Of a stretch of DNA of 56,543 bases, positions 13,124 to 25,127 are shown piece by piece. A model generated the notes under the pieces. That model was given only the letters and a program-made list of their open reading frames with translations, did no database searches and was not told the origin of the DNA. The translations under genes and the position numbers were made by a program. This stretch comes from Penicillus capitatus. Lineage: Eukaryota; Plantae; Chlorophyta. How positions within the stretch are numbered: the first letter of the stretch is position 1; each line of letters opens with the position of its first letter. Location of the stretch: contig OZ287713.1 in the NCBI GenBank assembly GCA_965649825.1, forward strand, positions 1 through 56,543. Direction: 5' to 3'.

Positions 13124-13339
13124 GAGCTCGTGGCGGCCCCTCGCAAGGGAAAAACAACAGGGGGGAGGGAGCTCGTGGCGGCCCCTCGCAAGGGAAAACA
13201 ACAGGGGGGAGGGAGCTCGTGGCGGCCCCTCGCAAGGGAAAACAACGGGGGGAGGGAGCTCGTGGCGGCCCCTCGCAAGGGAAAACAACAGGGGGGAGGG
13301 AGCTCGTGGCGGCCCCTCGCAAGGGAAAACAACAGGGGG
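13124..13339. repeat. Tandem array of five 43-45-bp GC-rich units
   Basis: Unit GAGCTCGTGGCGGCCCCTCGCAAGGGAAAA(A)CAAC(A)GGGGGGAGG. GAGCTC recurs at 13,124, 13,169, 13,213, 13,256 and 13,300. No spacers. Confidence 0.97.
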
Positions 13340-14094
13340 GCCGGCGACCCAGAATTCCCCTTCCGCAAAGCGCTGTCGCTCACCGAATTCCTGGAAGCCG
13401 TAGCTGCGAATAACCGGCTCCTCCGGGCCGTGTGCGGAGTTCTCTCCGCAGTATGTGCGACACTAGAAATGTGGCACGCCGAGGCTCGTAAGTAGTAAAG
13501 AATTTGCACGGGTGCTCCGGAAAGCGTTTGCGAGTGCAAAGAAAAAAGCAATAGGCCTAGAACACACAAGAGAAAAAAGACGAACGCCGCGCGAGGAAGA
13601 AAAGCCACGGTGCCTGCGAGAACACAAAGGCAAACGAAAAGACGCACGTCGAGCCGCGGCGACGATCGATGTCTAGGTCTTTGAGCCACGACTCCGGAGA
13701 CCCGGGGTATGGCGGCGCGGCAGTGCATCATCCACCGCCGCCGAGGAATGCAGAAGAGCGACGCGCCCGCCATCAGTCTCTTCCCGCGACTATCACTCCT
13801 CCGACCGTCGCTCTCCGTCGACCGAGTCCCGATCCTCCGTCTCATCCGTCCCCAGGCGGCACCGCATCCACTCTTTCCAGCCGTCCAACGAGCTAGGTCT
13901 CCGAATCTCTCCGCGCTGAGAAGACCCCGTTGCCAACCGCTTCTCCGCAGTCTTGCCCATTCGACAAAGGCTTCGACTCATCAGACATCAACAATTGGAC
14001 CAGTATATCCTCCGACGTATCCTCACCCGACCCTCTCGACCGCCTGGGCACTTCAACTACGGCCTCGACCTCTTCCGAGAGCGGAAAGAACCTT

Positions 14095-15084
14095 CTACCG
14101 ATTTCGTTTCGGTTTTTCTTTCCACTCTGAAAGCCTCTGCTCTCTTGCCGGAGTAGACCTGAGACCGTGCAGATCTCTTACCCTCTTGCATCTAGCCCTC
14201 TCCCTCTCGTAGGTTTCGCGCAACCGGTATCTTTTCACTCCACGAACCGTTTCCGTATTCATCTGAACGCCTGCCATGTGATTCCGTATCCCACTAGCAT
14301 CAGTGCCTGCGGTCACCGCACCATCCGCAGCGTCCTCCTCGCCCGGCTGCGGCTCGCCGCTGCCCTCGCCCGGCTGCGGCTCCAGTGAAGGCGGAGAGGG
14401 GGCTTCCAAGGCAAGTGAAACCATACGTATAAATCGTAGACCATTTAAGTCCGCATGCGTTTGGCGGTACCTCGCCTTACCGCCACCCCAATAACGTAAG
14501 TATAGTACAGCGAGGGCGAGGTTCTCAAACGTGGCATGTGGATCATTCGAGAACCCTTCTCGCCGTACCGTATCGTCGAGCGCAACCAAAATAGCCGCCC
14601 ATGTAATTGCGACTCTCTCGCCTTTGTCGTCAATAACTCTACATTGGTAGTAGCGATTCTGCGTTTGCGGGGTGATCCAAGCACACCACCGATCTAGTTG
14701 GTGAATCAAAGAAACAATTAGGACTATTGATTTGTAGTCAGTAAACGGAAAAGGAACCTGCCCAGTACTAGTACCGACCCACGAACAGTGACTCCGGAAC
14801 TCTGCTTTCTTTAACAGCCTTGTCAAACGTTGAAGTTCTCGGCACGAAATTGGACGCGCTTTGAGAACTCTGAAAATAGCCTGGCCGAGCACCATCTCTT
14901 CGACGACCAACCACCTCTTAAAGCAGGTAGTTTTCTTTGGCGCTGTTGATACCGGCTGTGTACTCTCGACGAAAGCAAAGTTTCGGAAAGGGTGCACAAG
15001 AGCAGAAACTACCTTTCTTCCAAGACTTCTAAAGCACGTTAGACTGCGAGCAGAAAAATGCCAGAAACCCGTTAAAGCAAGCAA
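14095..15084 (-). CDS. Intronless orphan ORF (329 aa) with basic C-terminus
   Basis: Long open frame. The C-terminal ~110 aa are paralogous to 15,747-16,190, with mostly synonymous or conservative changes. Confidence 0.55.
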   Translation of the reverse strand: MLALTGFWHFSARSLTCFRSLGRKVVSALVHPFRNFAFVESTQPVSTAPKKTTCFKRWLVVEEMVLGQAIFRVLKARPISCRELQRLTRLLKKAEFRSHCSWVGTSTGQVPFPFTDYKSIVLIVSLIHQLDRWCAWITPQTQNRYYQCRVIDDKGERVAITWAAILVALDDTVRREGFSNDPHATFENLALAVLYLRYWGGGKARYRQTHADLNGLRFIRMVSLALEAPSPPSLEPQPGEGSGEPQPGEEDAADGAVTAGTDASGIRNHMAGVQMNTETVRGVKRYRLRETYERERARCKRVRDLHGLRSTPAREQRLSEWKEKPKRNR

Positions 15085-15599
15085 GAAGAGCCTGAATGTG
15101 ATAGAACGGAAAAACCCTTAAGCGATTTCTTAAATACCCCTCCGTTGCCTAAAACCTACTACGGAGTAGCTAAGGGGAAGCTACAGTAAAGAAGCTTCTG
15201 AGAAGCTGTAGGGAAGAAAGGTTTTGGCATCCTATTGTTCACCTTTCACTTGAGGATGGGTGGTGTTGTGTTAAGTGTAAAACGACGGTCATAACCTATG
15301 CCGCAGAGATTGCTTGGACGCTCGGACAACGCAGACTATATCGTTTCAGATGACAAATTGCACGCAAATAGATGTGACCAAGTCCCGTGATTCTGCTCTG
15401 GCGATGACGGAGAGTCGTCTGACTCTGGCGCTCCGCGTGCGCGCGAACGCGTTTGTGCAAAAGCGGAGGAACTGTCGAGTCAAAGCTAAGACTACTTACA
15501 CGGTGCGTACAGTCATTAAATACCCCTCGAGCCCGCGGACCGCTGTCATGTCAGGAAGCCGACAGCCTGTCCGGTCCGCGGGGCCACAACCGTTGTCAT

Positions 15600-15775
15600 C
15601 CACCCGTCAGGTACACAGCTCAGGGTCCCAAGTATCAGAAAAAAAAAAAGAAAAACGATAGGCGTACTACTTGAATGATTCTTACGAGTTCAAGCGACGT
15701 TACACAATGCCAAACTGTGTTCTTATTCAACAAGAATGGAGGGAGCTCATGACGGCCCCCTCGACAAGGCAAAAG
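15600..15775 (+). repeat. Copy 2 of duplicated plus-strand segment, with one diverged unit of the 44-bp repeat
   Basis: Matches 12,985-13,150. GAA AGA becomes GAA TGA and the A-run is expanded. Single unit ggagggagctcatgacggccccctcgacaaggcaaaa. Confidence 0.8.
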
Positions 15776-16190
15776 GCAGTAACATCTTCACCGACCCTCT
15801 CGACCATTTGAGCATTTCCATTACGTTCTCGACCTCTTCAGGGGACGGGAAGAACCTTCTACTCGCTTTCGTTTGGGTTTTTTCTTTCCGCTCTGATAGC
15901 CTCTGCTCTAGTGCCGGAGTAGACCTGAAACCGAACAGATCTCTGATCCTCTTGCATTTTGCCCTCCCCCTTTCGTAGATTTCACGCAACCGGTACTTTT
16001 TCACTCCACGAAACGTCTCCGTATCCATCGGAACACCTGACATGTGACTCCGTGTCTCGTTACTACCAGTGCTCATCCCTGCGGTCGCCGCATCATCGGC
16101 TGCGTCTGCCTCGGCCTCCGGCTGCGGCTTGCCTCTCCCCTCGTTTAGCGTCCCATCCGGCTGCGGATCCCGCCCGCTCCCCTCGCCCAG
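15747..16190 (-). pseudogene. Truncated paralog of the 14,095-15,084 ORF C-terminus
   Basis: HMSGVPMDTETFRGVKKYRLREIYERGRAKCKRIRDLFG versus HMAGVQMNTETVRGVKRYRLRETYERERARCKRVRDLHG. In-frame TAG upstream; 1-nt insertion in an A-run. Confidence 0.55.
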
Positions 16191-17623
16191 CTCTCCGGCC
16201 GGCTAGTCTAAAGTCCCTTTTGCTGCGCATCTTTGGCCGGTTCTTCCGAAGTTTCAACGACGTCGTTTTCGAGCAGGTCTGCTGCTGGTGCACGGCGCTA
16301 TGATAGTATACGTACTGGTGAGAATGTGCTGTCGTAGAACGCTTTTTCGTCGAAGAAATCAAGTTCAGAAAGTTTGAGCTTTGTCAGCGGCGGGAACTCT
16401 TCGATACACACTCTCGGCCCTGACCACACCTCTGTCCTAGATGGAAATGGCGGGCATTGAAATGACAGGAAGCGGGAGCAGATGGCAAACTACTTCATTT
16501 GATACTATCCTCCATAGCGATCATCTTTCTTCTTGAGGGGACGTGATGCAGATTTGTTCTGACCGCGGTTTTTGACTGACTTCAGCTCACTCCGTCTCCT
16601 TCTGGTTCGCAGGCAATCCGCAGCGGAAAGCGGTTCTCCGACGTCGAAGAAGACGGCCGACGGTCAGAGCGAAGACGTGCAGGAGGAATGTTTTTTTTCT
16701 GTGGGTAGAGATGGCCAGCGACGAAACTGAGTCGAGGCGAGAAAGGCGACATTGAACTAAAGTCGTCAAACGAAATCAGTGAAGTGAGATCCCTCGAGGC
16801 TGGGACAAGTCCTTACTCCTGCCGTGGGAGAAAACTATAGCAGTCATCTAAGCACGAAGGCAATCGGAAGTTACTCCCTTCCAGACCACCCGCACTTATG
16901 TCAGTCTAGTTCGAAGAGTGTTTTCGGGCGGTTTTTACACAATTGGCTGCCCGAACTTCTTGGGTGTTTTTTTCTATTTCCCCTGACGGGGCATGGTACA
17001 TGTTCATTCAAACGCCATGTAAACGAGGAATTATATATATCTTCCATAGCGACAAGCATGGCGTAATCGGCACCTCTCTTGCCGACGCCACTAATGGCCA
17101 CACACGCACCGCTCCCCCGCACTCCATCGCCGAAGGAGAGCTTAGAAAGAATCTCATTTTTCCTTCGCTTCCTCGGATGTCGAATAACCGAGGCATACTA
17201 TCTCTGAAGGAAGAGGTTAAAGATTTCGGCCGACAAACTCGAAAGGTCTTCCCTTTTTCAATGTACCACGTTCTGTCTGTCAGGCGGTCGAAATCGTGTG
17301 CGTTTGTGCAGCTATGAGTTGCAGAGAAGATAAACGACTGACAAAACTCAGAATGGGATTCTATCCGAGGATCATGTTCTTGGCATCCACTGCATACACA
17401 TCTTTTAGTGTGGGATCATCCTTAGCCAGGGCAAAGATCCCCGCAGAATCATGATCGACGCCGCACAGTTTCGATGGTACGGATTCGGATGCTGTCAAGT
17501 CTGCGACCTTACAAGAAATCCACACTCTAGCCCGTGCTGTTCATAAAACAGCGAGCGATGCTCCGCTAGATGGCGACCACTTTATTAAATAAATAGATAA
17601 TGTGACTCCTCATATGAGCTTTA

Positions 17624-18909
17624 CTACATTGGGTACAGAACAACAAACTCGCGAGTGTAAGCTTTACTGCCGTTTGCTACTGAATGAGGGTCCGGATCGC
17701 AACTCTCGCTGCACGAGTAGACAGCGATGGTACCCCTAAAGAGACACGGTCGCTTTTAAATAGCTTCATTGAAAAGGGATCTCTGCTACCAGTCGTAAGT
17801 GTTCTCCTCTGGACCCAAGAAATGAAGAAGCTGAGGCAGAACCTGAAATTCAAATCGACGTGGTGCGCCACACCGTTCGCAGTCTGGAATGTCCTGGAGA
17901 TTTGGATGTTGTTTGTTGGGCAACAGTGGCTCCACGCCGTCTTCAAAGCAGTAACGAATGCACTGACTCGGCGCCTTAGCAACGCGTTCCTGAAACTCCT
18001 GTCGAGGCGAAGTTAAATAACGTTCCATGAACACTGCACGTACCGCGAAATCTTTCTGCTCGGGACTCAGTATCCTTTCGGCAAAGGAGATGTCTTCCGG
18101 GTCGATCTCCGCTACTGTCCCGACCGGACTAAAGGTAAAGAATGTCCCAGGGATGTTTGTCAGGAAGCGAGCGTCATACCTAAGTGGCGGCAGTTCTGAT
18201 GAAGGCATGTCGTTGATGAACTCCTCCCGAATGGAAATGTTTAGTTCAGGAAAGAGAAGGATATCTGAAGATGGCAGTGAGGGACTCGCATCGACGGATG
18301 CATTTAACAAGGCGTCTTCGTACACCTGCACCTTCCAAGGGTCATCAACCACATAAGCCTCCTGACAACGGCAGATCCTTCTTTTTAAAGACGGTCGTGC
18401 GAACGTACAGATAAACGAGGTGGAATCTGATCCGAGTTGAGCGGGGGCATGGGGCTGTAAAACGGATTCTCCCTCTTCATCTGACTGCGATAGGCGACAC
18501 ATCCACCTTCAGTGGTGATCTCGCTCCCCTGGAGAGTGACAACATTCAGAAGCGTGTGCGATGTGACAAATCATTGGTTGACTTTGGGAGACACGAATAG
18601 GAAGATTGTCCGATGAAAGGCCTGGTCCAGTTCGAAGACGGGGGCATAGATTTGTAAGAGGAATCTCATAAGTCTATTCGTCGAAGGACAGCGAAGCTGG
18701 TTCTCCCTTGGCAGGTCTACGGGGTCGAGCCAGGCGGGTCGTCCCCCCACTTTGGATGGAAATCGGTGCCGCAGGAGCGCTTTTGCATCGCTGGCCTTCT
18801 GTACAAAGCCCAGAAGCCAGGGGGAATTGCTTAGGGACAACGTCCGGTCGAGCCCGGCTGCTAGGTCCTGCGAAACCTCGGATGCCTCTGTATCAGACTC
18901 GTCCGACAT
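17624..18909 (-). CDS. PDCD2: Programmed cell death protein 2 (uS5 chaperone), multi-exon
   Basis: FPSKVGGRPAWL, LMRFLLQIYAP, FHRTIFLF, CERCGAPRRFEFQVLPQLL; the spliced end reads YDW|GTIAVYSCSESC...YTREFVVLYPM*. Confidence 0.9.
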
Positions 18910-19233
18910 GATGTGACGTCGGCGTCTACATCGTCTGAACCAATCGCTGCTTCTGCCAATCGAATCATCACGTTCGAAAACGTTTTGATCAGCGTGTACC
19001 CGTCGCGGTCGAATCGTTCAATCTCAAGTTCTCGGCCAAAAACCTTGGATCCAAAACTACCATGTAACGCAGTCATATCACCGCGCGACGTCTTTCGTAT
19101 CCCGCAAAGCGCCAATTATCATTTTGGCTGGTCGATCGCAGCGACGGAAATGAGGACACGAAAAGCCATCACGTATCACGATCTACATACGTGATGGTAT
19201 GCAGCGTCCCTTCGCCTTCGATAGCAATATTCA

Positions 19234-19720
19234 TCACGGCAAACGCACGCGCTCATCTTGCGCAATGTAATAGAAGTCATCGATCTTCAGTTCGCGATTG
19301 AGGCGATCCATGGCATCGTCGTCAATATCACTATCCATCTTGCCCTTTAGGAACTTGCTCAACACCGCTACGCCGCTCCTGCTCTCATTGTAGTCGAGCC
19401 CGGGTTCGAGGCAACGTCAAGTTAAGCTCTGAAACTAAACAACCGAACGAGCGAATGCCTAACGTTGATTTTAGTCCAAAGATAGACCATCTTCAATCTT
19501 GACCTCAACAACATCGCTGAACAATTGCACTACACGAGCTATACGAGCGAACAAGAAACCGTCGAGGAAGTAGAACACCGTGTGAATGAAATGGAAGAAG
19601 CAGCCTATGACGCGAGGATGTCTATCATATGCATACACCAGTGGCACCACTAGAAAAGCAAAGGACGCGCTGCGCTCAACCATCGCATCGTTCATCTCCA
19701 CGCAGAAACCACCATCCAAG
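19234..19720 (-). CDS. 3' exons of an unidentified, probably membrane, protein
   Basis: Hydrophobic exon (VPLVYAYDRHPRVIGCFFHFIHTVFYFLDGFLFARI) and a coding-like last exon (GLDYNESRSGVAVLSKFLKGKMDSDIDDDAMDRLNRELKIDDFYYIAQDERVRLP*). 5' part unresolved. Confidence 0.3.
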
Positions 19721-20952
19721 CTAGTTCAGTTGATCCTGCCACCCCGTTGCTGAAATGCCGATCAGAGATGGGCCTGACGGAGTGGGACACACGGGGCATT
19801 TCTCGCCCATGTTTCATTTGATGGACGCCTTTGGGATCTACTCCTTGACCATGGTGGGCGGAGAGTACATTTTGCTGCCCCACTTCACACCACAATCGGC
19901 ACTGAAAACCATCGGTATGGGTTCTATGACTTAGACTTCAGATGCTGGATCCGCGGTGTTGGCTCTAGACATGCATCGAGTCTTCTGTACCAATGCCGCA
20001 TCGACAGTTGTGACCATGATGGTGAACAATCCCTCCATCCACACTGCGGTTCTGAGCAGTCTGCTGTGACATCCTGTGGCGGATCACCGCAATCAACGGC
20101 AATCATCAAATCCGCCTGTGCTGCTTTCGGCTGCGAATTCTTTCTCTTCTACTGAATGACAGAATGCTGCGGAAAAATCTCCGTGTCCATTCTGCCCTCA
20201 GACGAATGTCTTCATCAGACGTCCGACGACGAAAAACTCGAGAATACAAATACATCTGGCCGGCCGTTGGTTCTCCATCGCCCACATGGTACAGTTTTCT
20301 TTGCTCCTCTCGAAATCGGTGCCGCCCAATTAAGCATCAGTGATTTTATGGAGCACGTGAAGACCGGTACAACTCCTTCGAAGCAGCTTAGAATGTTGCG
20401 AGCATTCAAATCGGACATTCCTGATGAAGAATAGAACCAGGTCGTCCTCAATGACATGCACAAATCAAATCTCCTTGAGAGACTCATGAAGAGGCATCCA
20501 GCACGCCAGATCTTCAAAGGACCCATGTCCCTGCCCGAAGACCGACTGTGAAATCTCTTCCTGAATGCAGCCCCGTTCCATTTGTCAGGGAAGCATCTCT
20601 TATACACCGATCGAACTCGGCCACACGGAGTGCAGCTGACGCCTAAGGACCGAAAGATCACATTGATGCATTTGATCCAAGCGATCCAGTTGCTGATGGA
20701 AATGTGATGTGTTCGAGTTAAAACCGTAGAGGTGGTGAATGTGTACGTACAAGTCGATGCGATTCTCAGTGTACAACACTCAAGAAATGATTAAGGAAAC
20801 ACAGACAGACCGTTGCCTAGCCTAAGCCGAATGGTGCCAGAACTGTGCATCGAACTATGAAGATATTGTCCAACAGCAAAAGCAGATTTAGGCACACGTC
20901 TTCCCTTCATAAATGTGGCGCCTTTATCGTGTTGATACAAAAGAAAGTCTTT

Positions 20953-23291
20953 TTATGTTAGCACACAGCAGGAACAGCATCCAGAGGATCGCGCAGAGAT
21001 TGCTGCCAATGTGTAGTCCATCTCGGCGATGCATCGCTGCTCCTTGATACTCTTTAGTCTGTCGATCACTTCCGACATCCGAGGCCGAGCCTCTGGCTGT
21101 TGATGCCAACAATCTTGAATCAGCTGTCTGACAGGCAGAGGCCAGTGTTGAGGGATTTCTTCCCTGTGTCCTCTGGCAACGGATTTTGCATGCTTCTTCA
21201 ACATGTGGTGCATTTCGCTGGGTTTTCTGGCTTGCATCAGAACACGGACAATGACCAATTCAGACAGCAACAACTCGTACATGATAACTCCGAATCCAAA
21301 CACATCTACCTTCTCATCATAGTGCTTTCCCTTGTATACTTCTGGAGCCATGTACATTAAGCTCCCCACGATACCAGAGACGACATTGGTGCCGGAAAGA
21401 CCCAACGCAAATTTATTGGTTGATGAAAAACGAGAAGATTTCTTCATGTCCTTCGTCCGCGAAACGCGTTTCAAATCTGGAGTTGCTTCTTTCAACTGAT
21501 CCAAAGCTTGACTACTGCCGTGCTGCTTGCTTTCCACCAATGGCTTCAACAGCAATTGATCCGGTTGTCTCTTGGGTTCAAACAAAAAATGCCACGGACG
21601 TCGACTTTCTGGTCCGTCGTCGTCCACCTCCCCACCTGCAAAGGGAGATTGGATACGGAACGATGCTTTGCTTTTCTTTGAAGGCTGTGTATTATTCGAT
21701 GCATGCAGCAGTCCCATGAGCTCTCCCAGTTGCCCTCCACGAACTTTCTTGTCGTACTGATGTTCAGAGCAGTGCGTTTCCAGACTGGCACTACTACCAT
21801 TGCTATCGGAATCTTTAGTGATTTCTCCCTGAATCTCCATCTGATCTACGATGTCCTTCAGAGAGGACACGGTCTCTGTGGGTGGAGAAGGCGAAACGAG
21901 ATAGATCGGCGAGTCATCTTCCCGAATCACCGCCTGAGGTGCAGAATAGGCAGCACCAAAAGGCATGCAGTCCGTATCACTCTCTGTGATTGCCGAGTCT
22001 TCTGGAACCATCTCCAGTGGTGTGTCCCTCTGAATTCCACTAAACAGCACACACAGAAAGATCTCACACATTTCTCATTCACTCAACGTCACACTTGCAA
22101 AACGATGATGCTTTCTTGATGATTCTGAAGTGACTGGGGATGTCGAGCGAGTACCGCGACAGATCATTTTTTCTCTCTGCAGGGTGATACTGTCGGTGAG
22201 AGGCGGATGGTATCGCAATCTCTTGTGTTTTGGACATGGCATGTCCTGAACAGGTACTTGGTTGTTGAGCAGAAGATGACTGTCCTGAATCGTTCGTCAG
22301 GGATTCTAACAGATTTGTTGATTTTGCCCGTTGCTTAAGCGTGATCTTATTGATCCTCTTGTGCAATCCGAAATCTGCAATCTTGGCACGAGCTTCCTCG
22401 GGTTTTGTCGAACTCATAAGCACGTTCTCTGGTTTGACATCTCTATGGACGACAGACGGGGTGCACATGTGTAGATAGCACAGCGCTTCTGCCACTTCTA
22501 AGAGCCACCTCCAAGCATCTTCCATCCAGTACACTCTACTTCCGCCAACTCGCATCTGATCAAGAATCAAGTTCTTCAGTGTTCCGCCGCTCATGAATTC
22601 CTCCGACAGAAATATGGAAGAACGCATCGATTCCACACTTGTCTCATCAAAACAGCCAATTCCTTTAAACTCCACAATCCCCCTGCAATCACGAGAGCGT
22701 TAGGGGAAGAAACCGTTCATGCGTGAAGGATGATGTGACCTGTGACGCACTCTCCTCAACAGATTCGATTCTTCAACAAGTTCTTTCAAATCTTCATCGT
22801 CTTCGATGACTCCGGGCTTCAGTTTTTTGACAGCCACTGTTTCTTTCGATTTTCGGTCCTCTGAAAGAAGTTCCATTTTTTCCACAACAGCAAATCCCCC
22901 TTCTCCCAAAGATCCCAGCAAAGTCAGACGTTCCTTCTCAATGTAGATGCTGCCAGCCAGTCGCTGCAAGAGAGCTGGGATATTGGTCTGCCATGCTAGG
23001 TCGAGTTGTGTCAATGTCGTCGAACAAAGACCTGCAAATCAACGATCGTGTGCCATCATCGATAGCAGTGATCATACTTTGTGTCCCGTCATCGTCTTCA
23101 ATACAGAATTCAATGTTACTGAGTTTTTTCGACCGTGCCGTCACGTCAGATTCACCCTAGGCAAGAACATGAGCAAGAAGAGGGAATTGACAGTACAGAA
23201 CAAGGATTTCGAAGAACGCTGAAGGGTTGGGCAATATCTTAAAGTCGCGACTAGCTCGTCCAGCAACGACGCGACTTTCTGTATCGGACAT
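20953..23291 (-). CDS. TKL (Raf-like) protein kinase with very long activation-segment insert and C-terminal CaaX
   Basis: LGEGGFAVV, VAVKKLK, HRDVKPEN, DFG (22,367-22,375), GSLMYMAPE (APE 21,340-21,348), DVFGFG. Ends CCSCCVLT*. Start codon uncertain. Confidence 0.9.
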
Positions 23292-23875
23292 TGGCGAGAA
23301 TGGCAGAGAATACCTACAACTAGCTTCTCCGTTGCCAAGACCAAACGACGCTAATGTCGGAAGATATTTCGAAAAGAAGCCCACCGACGCCGAGAAAAGA
23401 ACAACAAGATGGATGCGGCGACGGATGATGCGACGTCTTGTGCGTTCAGTTTCCAGCTGGTCCTTTCAGACCCGAAGGGACCAGTAGCGCCTGTGTTCTG
23501 GCAAATGGGAGGAGGATGCGAGGAGGAGAAAAGCGAAGAAATCAGAATCGAACGAATAGGATGTGCCATGCACAGCGATCAAAACTGACTAGCGACGACG
23601 ACAGGATGACGTGGTGTCATACGTAAGGAGATCTGCGCGTTCCACCTTGTGGCAATTCCGCAGATCTCGTCCCCTGCCTCGTTCGAGATGGGACATCTGA
23701 CTGACACGGTGTCCAGTACTTAAGGCGAGACAAACGAATTGGATTTCGCCAATTCTCGAAGGACGCTAGATTTTGTGATCTGTCGCGATTGGCGCTGCAA
23801 AGAGTGCGTTATGGATGGATGAGAGAAGGATGTGAGGTGGCAATGACCGAAGAGATTACTCGTAAGTTCGCTTTT

Positions 23876-25127
23876 TCAGAAAGCCGTGTGGAATTTCTTG
23901 TGCAGCACAGACGGTCCGATCTCTTCGTAGTCGCCTTTCGTCGCCAGATGTCCATGCTGTGTCACGACCTATTAGACGTCCGATCACGAAGAATGAGACG
24001 ACAGCCGACAGACAGACCTTAGAGAGAATAGCGCCACCCATCCAGGCAGCGCATTTCTGTGTGTTTGGTGGCATGTATTCAGGGAAGGTGCAGAAACCAG
24101 GCTGATAAGAAGGAGGAAGAAGACATTGGAGCTCCTTGAACAGTCGCGTTGGTAGATTTGGCAAGAGGCTTCCTCCACCACACAATGTAATATTCTCCAA
24201 GTGCTGCCGCTTTGATGGCAAATCGGTCTAGGGATGCTTCATGTACAATGCCGACGTCATGCTGGAATTGCTTGCCTGGCAGTAAGTGGCATTGTAGATG
24301 GATTCTGCGATGCCTGGTCCGGTGATGTTCATCAAGTCTGGTCTAAAGACGGCTTCGCCAACAGAGCCGTACTGCTGCTCCGTAACGGAGAGAGTGACGC
24401 CATCCGGCAATGTATAGATCTTTGTCTCGTCCATTGCCGTTTCGAACGCTTCTTGAGATTCGTAGACGGTGGCGAGCTCCTCTTTGATTCGCTCCGCCCC
24501 ATCTGATGACGTCTCCAATTGCTTTTGCAGGAACGTTGTGAGATGCCGTCCGCCGAAGGGCAGTCGTCGGATGCCTTGAACGCGCAGAAGGCCTTCGTAG
24601 ACGGGTGCAATGTCTGTCTTGCTGTGGCCGCAGTCAACGGTGCATCCTGTGAGACGTCCGACGGCATAGAGTGACAGGACAGCGGCGTCCTGCACGAATA
24701 TACCCTCCACACCAAAACGCTCGAAAAGCAGTAGACTCATTTTTTCGCGCTCAGAGCTAGAGAGAGAATAGGGATTGGAAAAGAGAGGCCGTCGATGACA
24801 TGTGTCCTACCGTGTGACGCAGAGGGGCTCGCAAAGGAGGAGTGTTCCTTCCTGGCCGCGTTCCCATCCAATACGTCCATAGAAAACGTCGTCCAACAGA
24901 CTGTCGAGAGCTTCCCAATCGACAATCTCTCCATCCGTTGCGACGCGTCGCGCCTGACCCTCTTCGTCACTGACGGACGAGGGAATGACCTGTCAGGCGG
25001 CTCAGTTTCGCGCAGATATGGCAAAAGAGCAACAAACGATATCAGGGGCGGTTTCGTGCGGAAAGTGCGCGTTGACACCTGCTTTGATCGTGTGACTGCC
25101 GATATCCAGAATCGTCGTTCCTGCCAT
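23876..25127 (-). CDS. ARP7: Nuclear actin-related protein, ARP7-like (multi-exon)
   Basis: ILDIGSHTIKAG, LFERFGVEG...AVLSLYAVGRLTGCTVDCGH, YTLPDG, ENITLCGGGS, PEYMPPN...AWMGGAILSK, YEEIGPSVLHKK. PEYMP is typical of plant ARP7. Confidence 0.8.

Noticed and set aside
13124-13339. CRISPR array
   Set aside because: The units are contiguous with no unique spacers, there are no cas genes, and the context is eukaryotic.
12731-17578. ATGGCGACC at both ends of the orphan island as a 9-bp Mutator-type TSD
   Set aside because: There are no convincing terminal inverted repeats inside, and the same 9-mer also occurs near 54,065, so chance is plausible.
20156-20700. TAG/TAA read as Gln (ulvophyte alternative code), suggested by a frame continuing past DEE*NQV
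   Set aside because: Long conserved exons (FDXR, MAT, pol) contain no in-frame TAR, and PDCD2, MAT and FDXR end on TAG/TAA at the expected positions. That frame also contains TGA stops.
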